Positions 1 through 8,300 are shown, numbered from the stretch's first letter. The stretch: 32,000 nucleotides of DNA from Thermodesulfobacterium commune DSM 2178 (GCF_000734015.1 NZ_CP008796.1:240001-272000), one strand, 5' to 3'. Program-made: numbers and translations. The notes: generated from the sequence alone by a model not told the origin.

Positions 1-17
1 CGATATTTTTATCAACC

Positions 18-45
18 TTGTAAAAATTGATAATTGTTTAATAAT
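18..45 (+). promoter_or_regulatory. Putative sigma70-type promoter of rel. It is placed so that transcription would start at or next to the ATG.
   Basis: TTGTAA (18-23), a 16-nt spacer and AATAAT (40-45), then 7 nt to the ATG at 53. There is no GGAG-like SD upstream of the ATG. Confidence 0.4.
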
Positions 46-52
46 TATTTAT

Positions 53-2260
53 ATGGTTACGTTAAGTAAAATTTTAGACCAGATACAGAGTTATTTACCT
101 GGGTGTAACACTCGTTTGGTAGAGAAGGCTTACGTTTGGGCTGCCAAACTGCATGACGGTCAGGTTAGAAAGTCAGGAGATCCCTATCTTTCGCATCCTA
201 TGGAGGTAGCCTATATCCTTGCTCAAATGAAGCTTGACCTTCCTACTATAGCCGCTGGATTGCTCCATGATGCGGTAGAGGACAGTGCGATAAGTTTAGA
301 GGAAATAAAAAAAGAGTTCGGAGAAGAGGTAGCTTTTATCGTAGATGGGGTAACTAAGCTTAAAAAACTGCCCAATCCTGCTGAAAGAGCAGCTTCTCAA
401 GATAAGCTTACCAAACAGGCAGAAAACATAAGAAAGATCATCCTTGCAATGTCAAAAGACCTGAGGGTGATCCTGGTAAAGTTAGCAGACAGACTGCATA
501 ATATGCGCACTTTAGAATATCAACCAGAACATAAAAGGGTAAAGATCGCCAGAGAGACTCTTGAAATATACGCTCCTCTTGCTGGTAGGTTAGGAATAGA
601 CTGGGTAAAAAGCGAGTTAGAAGACTTGTGTTTTAAGTATCTATACCCTGAAGAGTTTCGTAGGTTAGAACAAGAGGTAAAAAAGAGGGTAGAGGCCTCT
701 CAAGAGTATATAGAAAAAGTTAAGTCCCTTTTAAAAAACCTTCTAGAGAAAAACGGAATTAGCGGAAGAGTTTTAGGAAGAGTTAAACATCTTTATAGTA
801 TCTACAGGAAGCTTCTTAAATACAACTTGACCATAGAAGATCTGGACCAGATTTACGACATCATAGGTTTTAGGGTTATCGTAAACACCGTAGAGGAGTG
901 TTATAAAACCTTAGGGTTGGTGCATGCCCTTTGGCCTCCCATCCCTGGTAGGTTTAAAGATTTTATAAGCCTTCCCAAACCTAACATGTATCAAAGTTTA
1001 CACACCACGGTGTTAGGACCTGATAGCAAAAAGATAGAAATACAGATCAGAACTGAGTACATGGATAAGGTGGCTAACGAGGGAATAGCCGCTCATTTTT
1101 TATACAAGGAAGGTGTCTTTACCTCAAAGTATGGACAGTACAAGTATTTAGAATGGTTAAGCAAGCTGATAGAACTTCAAAAAGAGCTAAAAAACCCACG
1201 GGAATTTCTTGAGTCATTAAAGCTTGACTTTTTCCCTGACGAAATCTATGTGTTTACCCCTAAAGGAGATATTATTACCCTTCCTGTAGGAGCCACTCCC
1301 CTTGATTTTGCGTATGCGGTTCATACCGAGGTTGGTCACAGGTGTGTAAGGGCCTATGTGAACGATAAGCTTGTGCCTTTAGACTATAAGCTCCAAACAG
1401 GCGATATCGTTAAAATCGAAACCTCTCCTAACCAAACCCCCAGCAGAGACTGGTTAAAAATCGTAGTAACAGGTAGGGCCAAAAGCAGGATAAAGCAGTG
1501 GTTAAATCGAGAAGAAAGACAAAAAATGATAGAGTTAGGAAAGGAACTTCTTAACAAGGAAATAAAGAAACAAGGATTAAGTGCTACCTCTATAAAAGAA
1601 GAGGATCTTATCAAATTTTCTCAAGAGTTTAGGATAAAAAATACAGAAGACCTTTATTTCCTTATTGGTTCTGGAAAGATTACCCCTAAGCAGATATTAA
1701 AAAACTATCTAGAAATCAAAAAGGTAGAGGAAACTCAAGAAGAGCTTCCGATAGAAGAACAGGTCGAGAAGTTAGGAATAAAAGAAGGATTGGTAGAAAG
1801 GTTTTTAACCCAGAATCTAAAAGATGTAGTTGTGGTTAACGGAACTGACAACGTTCTTTTTCATTTAGCCAAGTGCTGTAGACCCATTCCAGGAGATGAA
1901 ATTATAGGTTATATTACAAGGGGCAAGGGAATCTCGGTTCATCGGTTTGATTGTCCAAACTTAAAGGATTTAGACACCGAAAGGCTGATCGAGGTTAGAT
2001 GGGGTAAGGTAGAAAATCGTTCTTATCCTGTACATATTTCTATAGTTTGTTCAGACCGTAAAGGATTACTGGCTAACATTTCTTCTGTGATAGCTGCCTC
2101 AGAAAGTAACATATTAAAAGCAGAGGTGAGAACCACCTCTGACCAAAAAGCCTTTTTTGACTTTTATATCGAGGTTAACAATAAAGAACACTTAGACAAG
2201 ATTATTTCTAATCTTTTTAAAATAAACGGTGTTCTTTCAGTAGAAAGAAAGTTAGTTTAA
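53..2260 (+). CDS. rel: Bifunctional (p)ppGpp synthetase/hydrolase, RelA/SpoT family
   Basis: 735-aa ORF. It has an N-terminal HD hydrolase motif (LLHDAVED), the RelA/SpoT synthetase core ([18 protein letters not shown]), a TGS-like region and a C-terminal ACT-like region. Confidence 0.95.
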   Translation: MVTLSKILDQIQSYLPGCNTRLVEKAYVWAAKLHDGQVRKSGDPYLSHPMEVAYILAQMKLDLPTIAAGLLHDAVEDSAISLEEIKKEFGEEVAFIVDGVTKLKKLPNPAERAASQDKLTKQAENIRKIILAMSKDLRVILVKLADRLHNMRTLEYQPEHKRVKIARETLEIYAPLAGRLGIDWVKSELEDLCFKYLYPEEFRRLEQEVKKRVEASQEYIEKVKSLLKNLLEKNGISGRVLGRVKHLYSIYRKLLKYNLTIEDLDQIYDIIGFRVIVNTVEECYKTLGLVHALWPPIPGRFKDFISLPKPNMYQSLHTTVLGPDSKKIEIQIRTEYMDKVANEGIAAHFLYKEGVFTSKYGQYKYLEWLSKLIELQKELKNPREFLESLKLDFFPDEIYVFTPKGDIITLPVGATPLDFAYAVHTEVGHRCVRAYVNDKLVPLDYKLQTGDIVKIETSPNQTPSRDWLKIVVTGRAKSRIKQWLNREERQKMIELGKELLNKEIKKQGLSATSIKEEDLIKFSQEFRIKNTEDLYFLIGSGKITPKQILKNYLEIKKVEETQEELPIEEQVEKLGIKEGLVERFLTQNLKDVVVVNGTDNVLFHLAKCCRPIPGDEIIGYITRGKGISVHRFDCPNLKDLDTERLIEVRWGKVENRSYPVHISIVCSDRKGLLANISSVIAASESNILKAEVRTTSDQKAFFDFYIEVNNKEHLDKIISNLFKINGVLSVERKLV

Positions 2261-2454
2261 CTTACTGCTTTTTTGACTTTTCCAGCCTTTAGACAACGGG
2301 TGCACACCTTCATCCTTTTTACCTGACCGTTTTCCAGTTTTACCCTAACACTCTGAATGTTAGGATACCACCATCTTGTGGACCTTTTCCCAGAGTGGCT
2401 TACCTGGTTTCCAGCATGAGGCTTTTTCCCACAAATCTCACAAATCCTAGCCAT
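2257..2454 (-). CDS. rpmB: 50S ribosomal protein L28
   Basis: 65-aa basic protein beginning [21 protein letters not shown] and ending [10 protein letters not shown], which is typical of L28. Its stop codon overlaps the rel stop within TTTAA. Confidence 0.93.
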   Translation of the reverse strand: MARICEICGKKPHAGNQVSHSGKRSTRWWYPNIQSVRVKLENGQVKRMKVCTRCLKAGKVKKAVS

Positions 2455-2556
2455 CTTTTCCTCCCTTGCTGATATAAAAATATTCTTAGAGACTTCTAAA
2501 ATATAAAATAAATTGACAAAAAAACAACCCTATCTAAACAGCCATTTTTATCCAAT

Positions 2557-2584
2557 TTTGGTTGAAATTTTTCAGATTTATAAT
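2557..2584 (+). promoter_or_regulatory. Putative purD promoter with a perfect -10 and a weak -35
   Basis: TATAAT at 2579-2584. Only a weak TTGGTT/TTTGGT -35 lies 15-16 nt upstream. A GAGAGG SD precedes the ATG at 2624. Confidence 0.3.
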
Positions 2585-2623
2585 AACTTAATTGAGTAAG
2601 AAACGGGGCTGAGAGGTAGAGAT

Positions 2624-3907
2624 ATGAAGATATTAGTTGTTGGTGGTGGTGGGAGGGAGCATGCCATCTGCTATGTGCTTAAAAAATCAAAACATCTGGA
2701 GAAACTTTATTGTGTTCCTGGCAACGGAGGGATCGAAGAGATAGCCGAGGTTCCCAAAGATATTCAAGCTGGCGATTTTTCTGCCCTTGTAGAGCTTTGT
2801 AAAAAAGAAGGGATAGAACTTGTTTTGCCAGGGCCTGAAGAGCCTTTGGTAAAAGGGATAAGAGATGTTCTTGAAGAAAAAGGGATTAAAGTTTTTGGGC
2901 CTGATCGTTATACCGCAAACCTTGAAGGAAGCAAAATTTTTGCCAAGGAGATAATGGTTAAAGCAGGGGTTCCTACCGCAAGGTTTGAGGTGTTTGAGGA
3001 CCCAGATAAAGCAAGGCAATACATAGAAAAAGTTGGGGCACCTTTGGTGGTTAAAGCAGATGGACTTTGTGCCGGAAAAGGGGTGTTTGTTTGTGATACC
3101 AAGGAGGAGGCCTTTCAAGCCGTAGAAAAGTTGATGGAACAAAGGATTTTTGGAGAGGCTGGTCAAAGGGTGGTGATCGAGGAAAAACTTGTAGGAGAAG
3201 AGGCCTCTTATATCGTAATCACCGACGGAGAACATTTTAAAGCGTTACCCACCTCTCAAGACCACAAAAGACTTTTAGACGGAGACCAGGGCCCAAACAC
3301 AGGAGGAATGGGAGCCTATTCTCCTACCCCTTTGATTACTAAAGACCTAAGAAAGGAGATAGAAGAAAAGGTTATCTCTCCTGTTTTAAAGACCTTGGCC
3401 AAGGAAGGCCATCCTTATCTTGGGTTTTTGTATGCAGGGCTAATGATCGTAAACCACATCCCGTATGTGCTTGAGTTTAACTGTCGTTTAGGAGACCCTG
3501 AGACCCAGGTAATTCTTCCCCGAGTAGAAAATGACTTTATCGAGCTTTTAGACGCAACCCTTAACGGCAGGCTTGATAAGGTAGACCTTGTTGAAACCGA
3601 TAAGGCCTGCGTATGTGTGGTGATGGCAAGCAAAGGCTATCCAGGAAGCTATGAAAAAGGGAAAAAGATAGAAGGTTTAGATAAGGTGAAACAGCTTGAA
3701 GACGTAATCGTTTTTCACGCAGGCACTAAAAAAGAAGGGGATGCCTTTTATACCTCAGGCGGAAGGGTTTTAGGTGTTACCGCCCTTGATAACGACATCC
3801 CCTCAGCCATAAAACGGGCCTATCAGGCGGTATCTTTAATCCACTTTGACGGCGCCCATTACCGTAAAGACATCGGGCAACGCTATTTTAAGTATTTAGA
3901 AACCTAA
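2624..3907 (+). CDS. purD: Phosphoribosylamine--glycine ligase
   Basis: 427-aa ORF beginning MKILVVGGGGREHA, with an ATP-grasp core and EFNCRLGDPETQ. Full-length PurD architecture. Confidence 0.95.
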   Translation: MKILVVGGGGREHAICYVLKKSKHLEKLYCVPGNGGIEEIAEVPKDIQAGDFSALVELCKKEGIELVLPGPEEPLVKGIRDVLEEKGIKVFGPDRYTANLEGSKIFAKEIMVKAGVPTARFEVFEDPDKARQYIEKVGAPLVVKADGLCAGKGVFVCDTKEEAFQAVEKLMEQRIFGEAGQRVVIEEKLVGEEASYIVITDGEHFKALPTSQDHKRLLDGDQGPNTGGMGAYSPTPLITKDLRKEIEEKVISPVLKTLAKEGHPYLGFLYAGLMIVNHIPYVLEFNCRLGDPETQVILPRVENDFIELLDATLNGRLDKVDLVETDKACVCVVMASKGYPGSYEKGKKIEGLDKVKQLEDVIVFHAGTKKEGDAFYTSGGRVLGVTALDNDIPSAIKRAYQAVSLIHFDGAHYRKDIGQRYFKYLET

Positions 3908-3911
3908 GCGG

Positions 3912-4418
3912 TTAATCTTCTAAGTATTTTTTATAACCTATAGCCTCAAGTTTTGCAGCCTTTTTAAGTACCTCTTCTTTCATCTTTTCTTTATAGGCCT
4001 TAAGTTTTTCTTTGACCTCAGGATATTTTATCCCAAGGATTTGTAAGGCTAAAAGGGCGGCGTTTTTGGCACTGTTTATGGCAACGGTTGCTACAGGGAT
4101 TCCAGGTGGCATCTGGACAATAGAAAAAAGGGCATCAAGTCCTTCTAAGGCTTTACCTTTTATAGGAACTCCTATCACCGGAAGGGTGGTAAGAGAGGCC
4201 ACTACCCCAGGAAGATGGGCTGCCATCCCAGCCCCTGCGATGATTACCTCTATTCCTCTTTGTTCTGCGGTGGTTACCCACTGATGTACCCTTTCAGGAG
4301 TCCTGTGGGCAGAGGCTACGGTGATCTCAAAGGGTACCCCAAACTTTTCCAAGGTTTCTGCAGCATCTTTCATAACTTCAAGGTCAGAGTCACTTCCCAT
4401 GATAATACCTACTTTCAT
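3912..4418 (-). CDS. purE: N5-carboxyaminoimidazole ribonucleotide mutase (PurE)
   Basis: 168-aa ORF with [15 protein letters not shown] and [10 protein letters not shown] motifs. A GGAGGAGGAG SD lies upstream on the minus strand. Confidence 0.94.
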   Translation of the reverse strand: MKVGIIMGSDSDLEVMKDAAETLEKFGVPFEITVASAHRTPERVHQWVTTAEQRGIEVIIAGAGMAAHLPGVVASLTTLPVIGVPIKGKALEGLDALFSIVQMPPGIPVATVAINSAKNAALLALQILGIKYPEVKEKLKAYKEKMKEEVLKKAAKLEAIGYKKYLED

Positions 4419-4592
4419 CTCCTCCTCCTTGCTGGTTTATTTTTATTTAAAAATTAGTATACCAAAATTCTGAAAACATTCAAAAGATAGGCAAATTTTT
4501 GGTTAATATCTGAAAATATAAAAATAAAATAATTTTCCCTTTATTTTTTATAAATTTTAATAAAATTAAAAATAATTTTAGCTATTGACTTT

Positions 4593-4620
4593 TTGATAAA
4601 AAGTTGTTATTTGATATTTA
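4593..4620 (+). promoter_or_regulatory. Possible promoter for the pilin gene
   Basis: TTGATA (4593-4598), a 16-nt spacer ending in TGa, then TATTTA (4615-4620), inside a very AT-rich 234-bp intergenic region. An alternative -35, TTGACT, lies at 4585-4590. The call is weak. Confidence 0.3.
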
Positions 4621-4652
4621 TAGAAAGTAAAAAATACTTTAGGAGGTAGGTT

Positions 4653-5006
4653 ATGAGTAGAGGTAAGGGTTTTACGTTGATTGAGCTTTTGATCGTGGTT
4701 GCCATCATCGCCATCTTAGCTGCCATTGCCATTCCGCAGTTTTCAAAGTATCGTAGAAACGCAGCTGTAGCGGGTTGTCAGTCAGACTTGAGAAATGCAA
4801 TGACCCAATGTGCAGCCTACCTTGCTGAGCATCCTGAGGCTCAGAATATGGCTGCTTGTGAATCAGCTTCTGGTATTATGAAGAATACTACTTATGTAGA
4901 CGTAACTTTTGGCAACGATACTGCTACAGGTACTTGTAAAGGTCCTGCAACAGGTGTATCTTGTACTATAGCTGCTAACGGAACCATGAGTTGTACAGGA
5001 ATTTAA
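4653..5006 (+). CDS. Type IV pilin-like protein with a prepilin N-terminal cleavage/methylation domain
   Basis: Leader MSRGKG followed by FTLIELLIVVAIIAILAAIAIPQF, the class III signal with Glu at +5. AGGAGG SD lies 6 nt upstream. The C-terminal domain carries six Cys. Confidence 0.88.
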   Translation: MSRGKGFTLIELLIVVAIIAILAAIAIPQFSKYRRNAAVAGCQSDLRNAMTQCAAYLAEHPEAQNMAACESASGIMKNTTYVDVTFGNDTATGTCKGPATGVSCTIAANGTMSCTGI

Positions 5007-5016
5007 TATTTTCAGC

Positions 5017-5045
5017 ACCCCTCCCAACGTAGGGGAGGGGTTTTT
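5017..5045 (+). terminator. Rho-independent terminator after the first pilin gene
   Basis: A 9-bp GC-rich stem, ACCCCTCCC (5017-5025) paired with GGGAGGGGT (5033-5041), has a 7-nt loop AACGTAG and is followed by a T run (5041-5045). Confidence 0.75.
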
Positions 5046-5390
5046 ATGTCTAAAGCCTTTACTTTGATCGAAGTTTTAGTAGTTATAGGGATAATAACTA
5101 TCCTCCTGGGATTGGCAATAATTTTTTATCATCAGTATTTATCAAAAGCAATTAAAGCTTCTCTGCTTTCTGATGTGAGAAATTGTCTTAGCCTAGTTGC
5201 AATTTCAAAACAGGAAAATGGGACTTCTTCTCTATCTCAAGTAGTTGCTACCTGTCCTAAGTCAAAATACACTCAAAACTTGATTCTTGAATCAGAGAAT
5301 CCCATTAAACTTACTGCTACTTCTATCTCAGGAGAGGTTGCTTGTAGTTATAATGAGACCTCTGGTTTAGTTTTATGTAGCGAGATATAG
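5046..5390 (+). CDS. Second prepilin-type N-terminal domain protein, a minor or alternative pilin
   Basis: Begins MSKA then FTLIEVLVVIGIITILLGLAIIFY. The residue at -1 is Ala rather than Gly. It has four Cys, and its C-terminus (LCSEI) resembles that of the upstream pilin (SCTGI). Confidence 0.75.
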   Translation: MSKAFTLIEVLVVIGIITILLGLAIIFYHQYLSKAIKASLLSDVRNCLSLVAISKQENGTSSLSQVVATCPKSKYTQNLILESENPIKLTATSISGEVACSYNETSGLVLCSEI

Positions 5391-5393
5391 AAT

Positions 5394-5426
5394 ATTGTCA
5401 ATATATTGTCAATTCAATTTGTCAAT
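5394..5426. repeat. Three direct copies of TTGTCAAT (ATTG-N-CAAT half-palindromes), a putative operator-type array
   Basis: Exact 8-mers at 5395-5402, 5406-5413 and 5419-5426, with spacings of 11 and 13 bp. They lie in the intergenic region between the pilin pair and the radical-SAM gene. Confidence 0.45.
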
Positions 5427-5452
5427 TCTAAAAACTTATAAACAAATTATTA

Positions 5453-5486
5453 CCTCTAAAAAAGTTTGGTCTGTATTTTTTAGAGG
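5453..5486 (+). other. AU-rich hairpin that may be a weak terminator or regulatory stem
   Basis: CCTCTAAAAAA (5453-5463) pairs with TTTTTTAGAGG (5476-5486) around a 12-nt loop. A T-rich tract follows. Confidence 0.3.
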
Positions 5487-5550
5487 ATGTTTCTCTTTTT
5501 TAGATTTTAAAAGGTGTTATATTATTTACTTAAAAATTTGAGGATTTTTT

Positions 5551-6501
5551 ATGGAAAAATCCTTTGTTTGGAAGAAGAGTTTACTTTTTGGTCCTGTTCG
5601 GTCAAGAAGGCTTGGAAGGTCTCTTGGGATAGACTTGGTTCCGAGAAAGGTCTGCTCTATGGATTGCCTTTATTGTGAGGTAGGAAAAACCACCTTTCTT
5701 ACCGCTGAAAGAAGGTTTTATTTTACCAAAGAGGAGATAGAAGAGGCCATACTTACTGCCAAAGAAAAACAGGATTTTTTTGATGTTTTTACCCTTACAG
5801 GGAGTGGAGAACCTACCCTAAACTTTTATTTTGAAGAGACCCTGTTTTTAGCTAAAAAGCACCTTTCAAAGCCTGTGGCTGTGCTTACCAACAGCACTTT
5901 GTTGCATATATCTTCGGTTAGAGAGGCTTTGTGTGAGGCTGACCTTGTGCTTCCTTCCCTTGATGCTGCCCGTCCAGAAACTTTTAACCTCATAAACAGG
6001 CCGGCTAAAGGGATAAGTTTAGAAAACATCATCGATGGTTTAAAAGAGTTGAGAAAACAGATGAAAGGTGAGATGTGGGTTGAGGTGTTTTTTCTTGCAG
6101 GGATAAACGACAGCCAAGAAGACTTGGAGGCACTTAAAAAATGTATAGAAGAAATAAACCCTCATAAGGTTCAGTTAAACACAGCGGTAAGGCCGGTAGC
6201 CTATCAAGAGGCCAGGCCTTTATCTTATGCTAAGTTAGAGGAAATAGCCAGGTTTTTAGGAGAAAAGACAGAGGTTATAGTAAATAAAGAGAGGCTTGAA
6301 AAAAGGCTTTTAAGTCTAACTCTTGAAGGTTTAGAGAAAGAGGTGGTAGCCTACGTAAAAAGAAGGCCTGCCTCAGTCGAAGAATTAAGCGAAGCCTTTG
6401 GGGTAGAGCCTAAGGTTTTGTTAGAGCTTTTAGAAAGACTTTCCCAAGAAGGAGTCTTAAAGTTAAAAGAACTTGAAGGTCAAACCTACTATTCAGCCTA
6501 A
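5551..6501 (+). CDS. Radical SAM protein with a C-terminal winged-helix-like tail
   Basis: 316 aa with a CxxxCxxC cluster (CSMDCLYCEV) after GPVRSRRLGRSLGIDL. The C-terminal 60-70 aa look helix-turn-helix-like (PASVEELSEAFGVEPKVLLELLERLSQEGVL). Confidence 0.85.
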   Translation: MEKSFVWKKSLLFGPVRSRRLGRSLGIDLVPRKVCSMDCLYCEVGKTTFLTAERRFYFTKEEIEEAILTAKEKQDFFDVFTLTGSGEPTLNFYFEETLFLAKKHLSKPVAVLTNSTLLHISSVREALCEADLVLPSLDAARPETFNLINRPAKGISLENIIDGLKELRKQMKGEMWVEVFFLAGINDSQEDLEALKKCIEEINPHKVQLNTAVRPVAYQEARPLSYAKLEEIARFLGEKTEVIVNKERLEKRLLSLTLEGLEKEVVAYVKRRPASVEELSEAFGVEPKVLLELLERLSQEGVLKLKELEGQTYYSA

Positions 6502-6506
6502 AAACG

Positions 6507-7046
6507 ATGTTTTACGAGAGGGATTTTTATAAAAAGGTGGTTGAGGCGGTGCTTTTTGTGGCAGGTCGGTCGGTAAGTTTAAAGGAGTTGTCTCAGGTTT
6601 GTGACAACCTTTCTAAGGAAGAAATTTTAAGCATTTTACAGGAACTTAAAGAGGAATATCAGTCACGAGGGGTTAGGCTGGTTGAGGTGGCTGAGGGTTA
6701 TCGGTTAGAAAGTGCCCCAGAGGTAGCAGATTATCTTAAGACCTTTTTAAAGCCCAAAGGGTTTAGATGGACAAAAACTCTTCTTGAGACCTTGGCTGTG
6801 ATAGCCTATTTTCAGCCGATTACCAGGGCTGAGATTTCTGCCAAAAGAGGAGGGGTTGATGTCGGGGCTGCCCTTAAAACCTTACTTGAAAACAACTTCA
6901 TCAGGGTGGTTGGTAGAAAAGACGTGCCTGGAAGGCCACTTCTTTACGGGACCACTACTTTCTTTTTAGAATATTTTGGATTAAAATCCCTGAAAGACCT
7001 TCCACCTTTAGATGAGCTAAAAAGTTTAGCTGAAAGAGAAGATTAA
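6507..7046 (+). CDS. scpB: Segregation and condensation protein B
   Basis: 179 aa with the typical ScpB layout (VEAVLFVAGRSVSLKEL, ETLAVIAYFQPITRAEI, GRPLLYGTT). Confidence 0.9.
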   Translation: MFYERDFYKKVVEAVLFVAGRSVSLKELSQVCDNLSKEEILSILQELKEEYQSRGVRLVEVAEGYRLESAPEVADYLKTFLKPKGFRWTKTLLETLAVIAYFQPITRAEISAKRGGVDVGAALKTLLENNFIRVVGRKDVPGRPLLYGTTTFFLEYFGLKSLKDLPPLDELKSLAERED

Positions 7047-7061
7047 ACACTGCAGGAAAAG

Positions 7062-7517
7062 ATGGGTATAAGAAAAGAGGTGTTACAAGAGATAGAGTTT
7101 ATCCTGTATGAAGGAGGAGAGATCCCTGAGGTATGTTTTTGGAATAGTTTTTTTTATCTTACTTCTCATCCCCCTGAAGGGTTAGGCCTTACCCTTACTC
7201 AAGAAGAGCTCAAGGCCTTAAAGCAAGCTGTAATAGAAAGGTATTTAGTCATCATAGAGCGTGATTTGACGGCTGAGTTTATTGAAAAACCCTTTTATCG
7301 TGGCCTATCTCGGGCAGCTATAAACGTAAGAAGGCTTAAAAATTTCATCAAGAATTCTGGGTTGGAAGAAGATTTTAAAGACGGGGCTTTAAGAAGAAAG
7401 CTCAAGAGGCTTTTTAAAAGGTTTGAGGCAGATTTAAAGAGGAAGAGCCTCAGTTTAGAGAATGTAGCTACCAGGGAAGAGGTTAGAGAATTTAAAAGAG
7501 AGGTGGATGGGTTATGA
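7062..7517 (+). CDS. Hypothetical protein
   Basis: 151-aa ORF with no motif I recognise. It fills the scpB-hisH gap, and its stop overlaps the hisH start (ATGA). Confidence 0.55.
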   Translation: MGIRKEVLQEIEFILYEGGEIPEVCFWNSFFYLTSHPPEGLGLTLTQEELKALKQAVIERYLVIIERDLTAEFIEKPFYRGLSRAAINVRRLKNFIKNSGLEEDFKDGALRRKLKRLFKRFEADLKRKSLSLENVATREEVREFKREVDGL

Positions 7518-8140
7518 TAGGGATAGTTGACTACAAGGCCGGTAATCTTACCAGTGTAGCCAGAGCACTTTCCTTTTTCGGATATAGATGGATTATTTCT
7601 GATGACCCAGAGGAGCTTAAAAAGGCAGAAAGGATTATTTTTCCAGGAGTAGGGGCGGCTAAAAGTGCGATGGATAGTTTAAAAGAAACAGGTTTAGACG
7701 AGTTTTTAAAAGAGACTTTTTTAAAAGGAACTCCTATCTTAGGTATTTGTCTTGGGACGCAGGTAATTTTTGAAGAAAGTGAAGAAGACGGAGGAACTAA
7801 GACCTTAGGTCTTCTAAAAGGTAAGGTAAAAAGGTTCCCAGAGCCTTTTTTGTTTAAAGGAGAAAGGCTAAAGGTTCCGCATATGGGGTGGAACCAGGTG
7901 GTTTGGCAGAAGCCTCATCCTGTTTTTCAGGGCCTTGACCCAGAGTATGAATATTATTTTGTTCACAGCTATTATGTTGTGCCAGAGGAGGAAGAGGTAA
8001 TATACGGGGTTACCTTTCATGGCATATCCTTTCCTTCGGTGGTAGCCTATAAAAACTTGGTAGCCCTTCAGTTTCATCCTGAAAAAAGCGGAAAGCCTGG
8101 TCTTCAAATTTTAGACCAGTTTTGTCGTTGGAACCCTTAG
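7514..8140 (+). CDS. hisH: Imidazole glycerol phosphate synthase, glutamine amidotransferase subunit
   Basis: 208 aa with a class I GATase triad context (GICLGTQV, FHPEKSG) and the typical HisH N-terminus IGIVDYKAGNL. Confidence 0.93.
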   Translation: MIGIVDYKAGNLTSVARALSFFGYRWIISDDPEELKKAERIIFPGVGAAKSAMDSLKETGLDEFLKETFLKGTPILGICLGTQVIFEESEEDGGTKTLGLLKGKVKRFPEPFLFKGERLKVPHMGWNQVVWQKPHPVFQGLDPEYEYYFVHSYYVVPEEEEVIYGVTFHGISFPSVVAYKNLVALQFHPEKSGKPGLQILDQFCRWNP

Positions 8141-8300
8141 GTTTTACAGGTTTTTAAGTTGAAAAAATATAAAACTATGTTTTAATTAGGGAAACATGTA
8201 AAAAGCACGTCTAAGGTTTGGGGTGCCCCTTTTTAGACAAGGGGTTCTGGGTTCCATTACCTTAGGCGGAAGCTAAAACCCCAAAAAGGAGGAAGGAGAA

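Noticed and set aside
2455-2623. Purine or ZTP riboswitch in the rpmB/purD divergent region, or upstream of purE (4419-4652)
   Set aside because: The regions are AT-rich with no three-way-junction purine aptamer core or GC-rich ZTP pseudoknot consensus. The distances from plausible promoters to the starts are short.
2687-3235. A 182-aa minus-strand ORF, together with the smaller ORFs at 2908-3102 and 3415-3633
   Set aside because: They lie entirely antisense within the well-supported purD gene. Their sequences are low-complexity and F/K/P-rich, typical of shadow frames.
4419-4652. A sigma-54 (GG-N10-GC) promoter for the pilin gene
   Set aside because: The closest candidate (TGGTTAATATCTGA, around 4500) has TG rather than GC at the -12 position. 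No enhancer-binding protein gene is nearby.
5394-5426. A CRISPR-like or other mobile-element repeat
   Set aside because: The repeat units are only 8-11 bp with 3-5 bp between them. There are no spacers, no cas genes and no terminal inverted repeats, so an operator or promoter-type array is the better reading.
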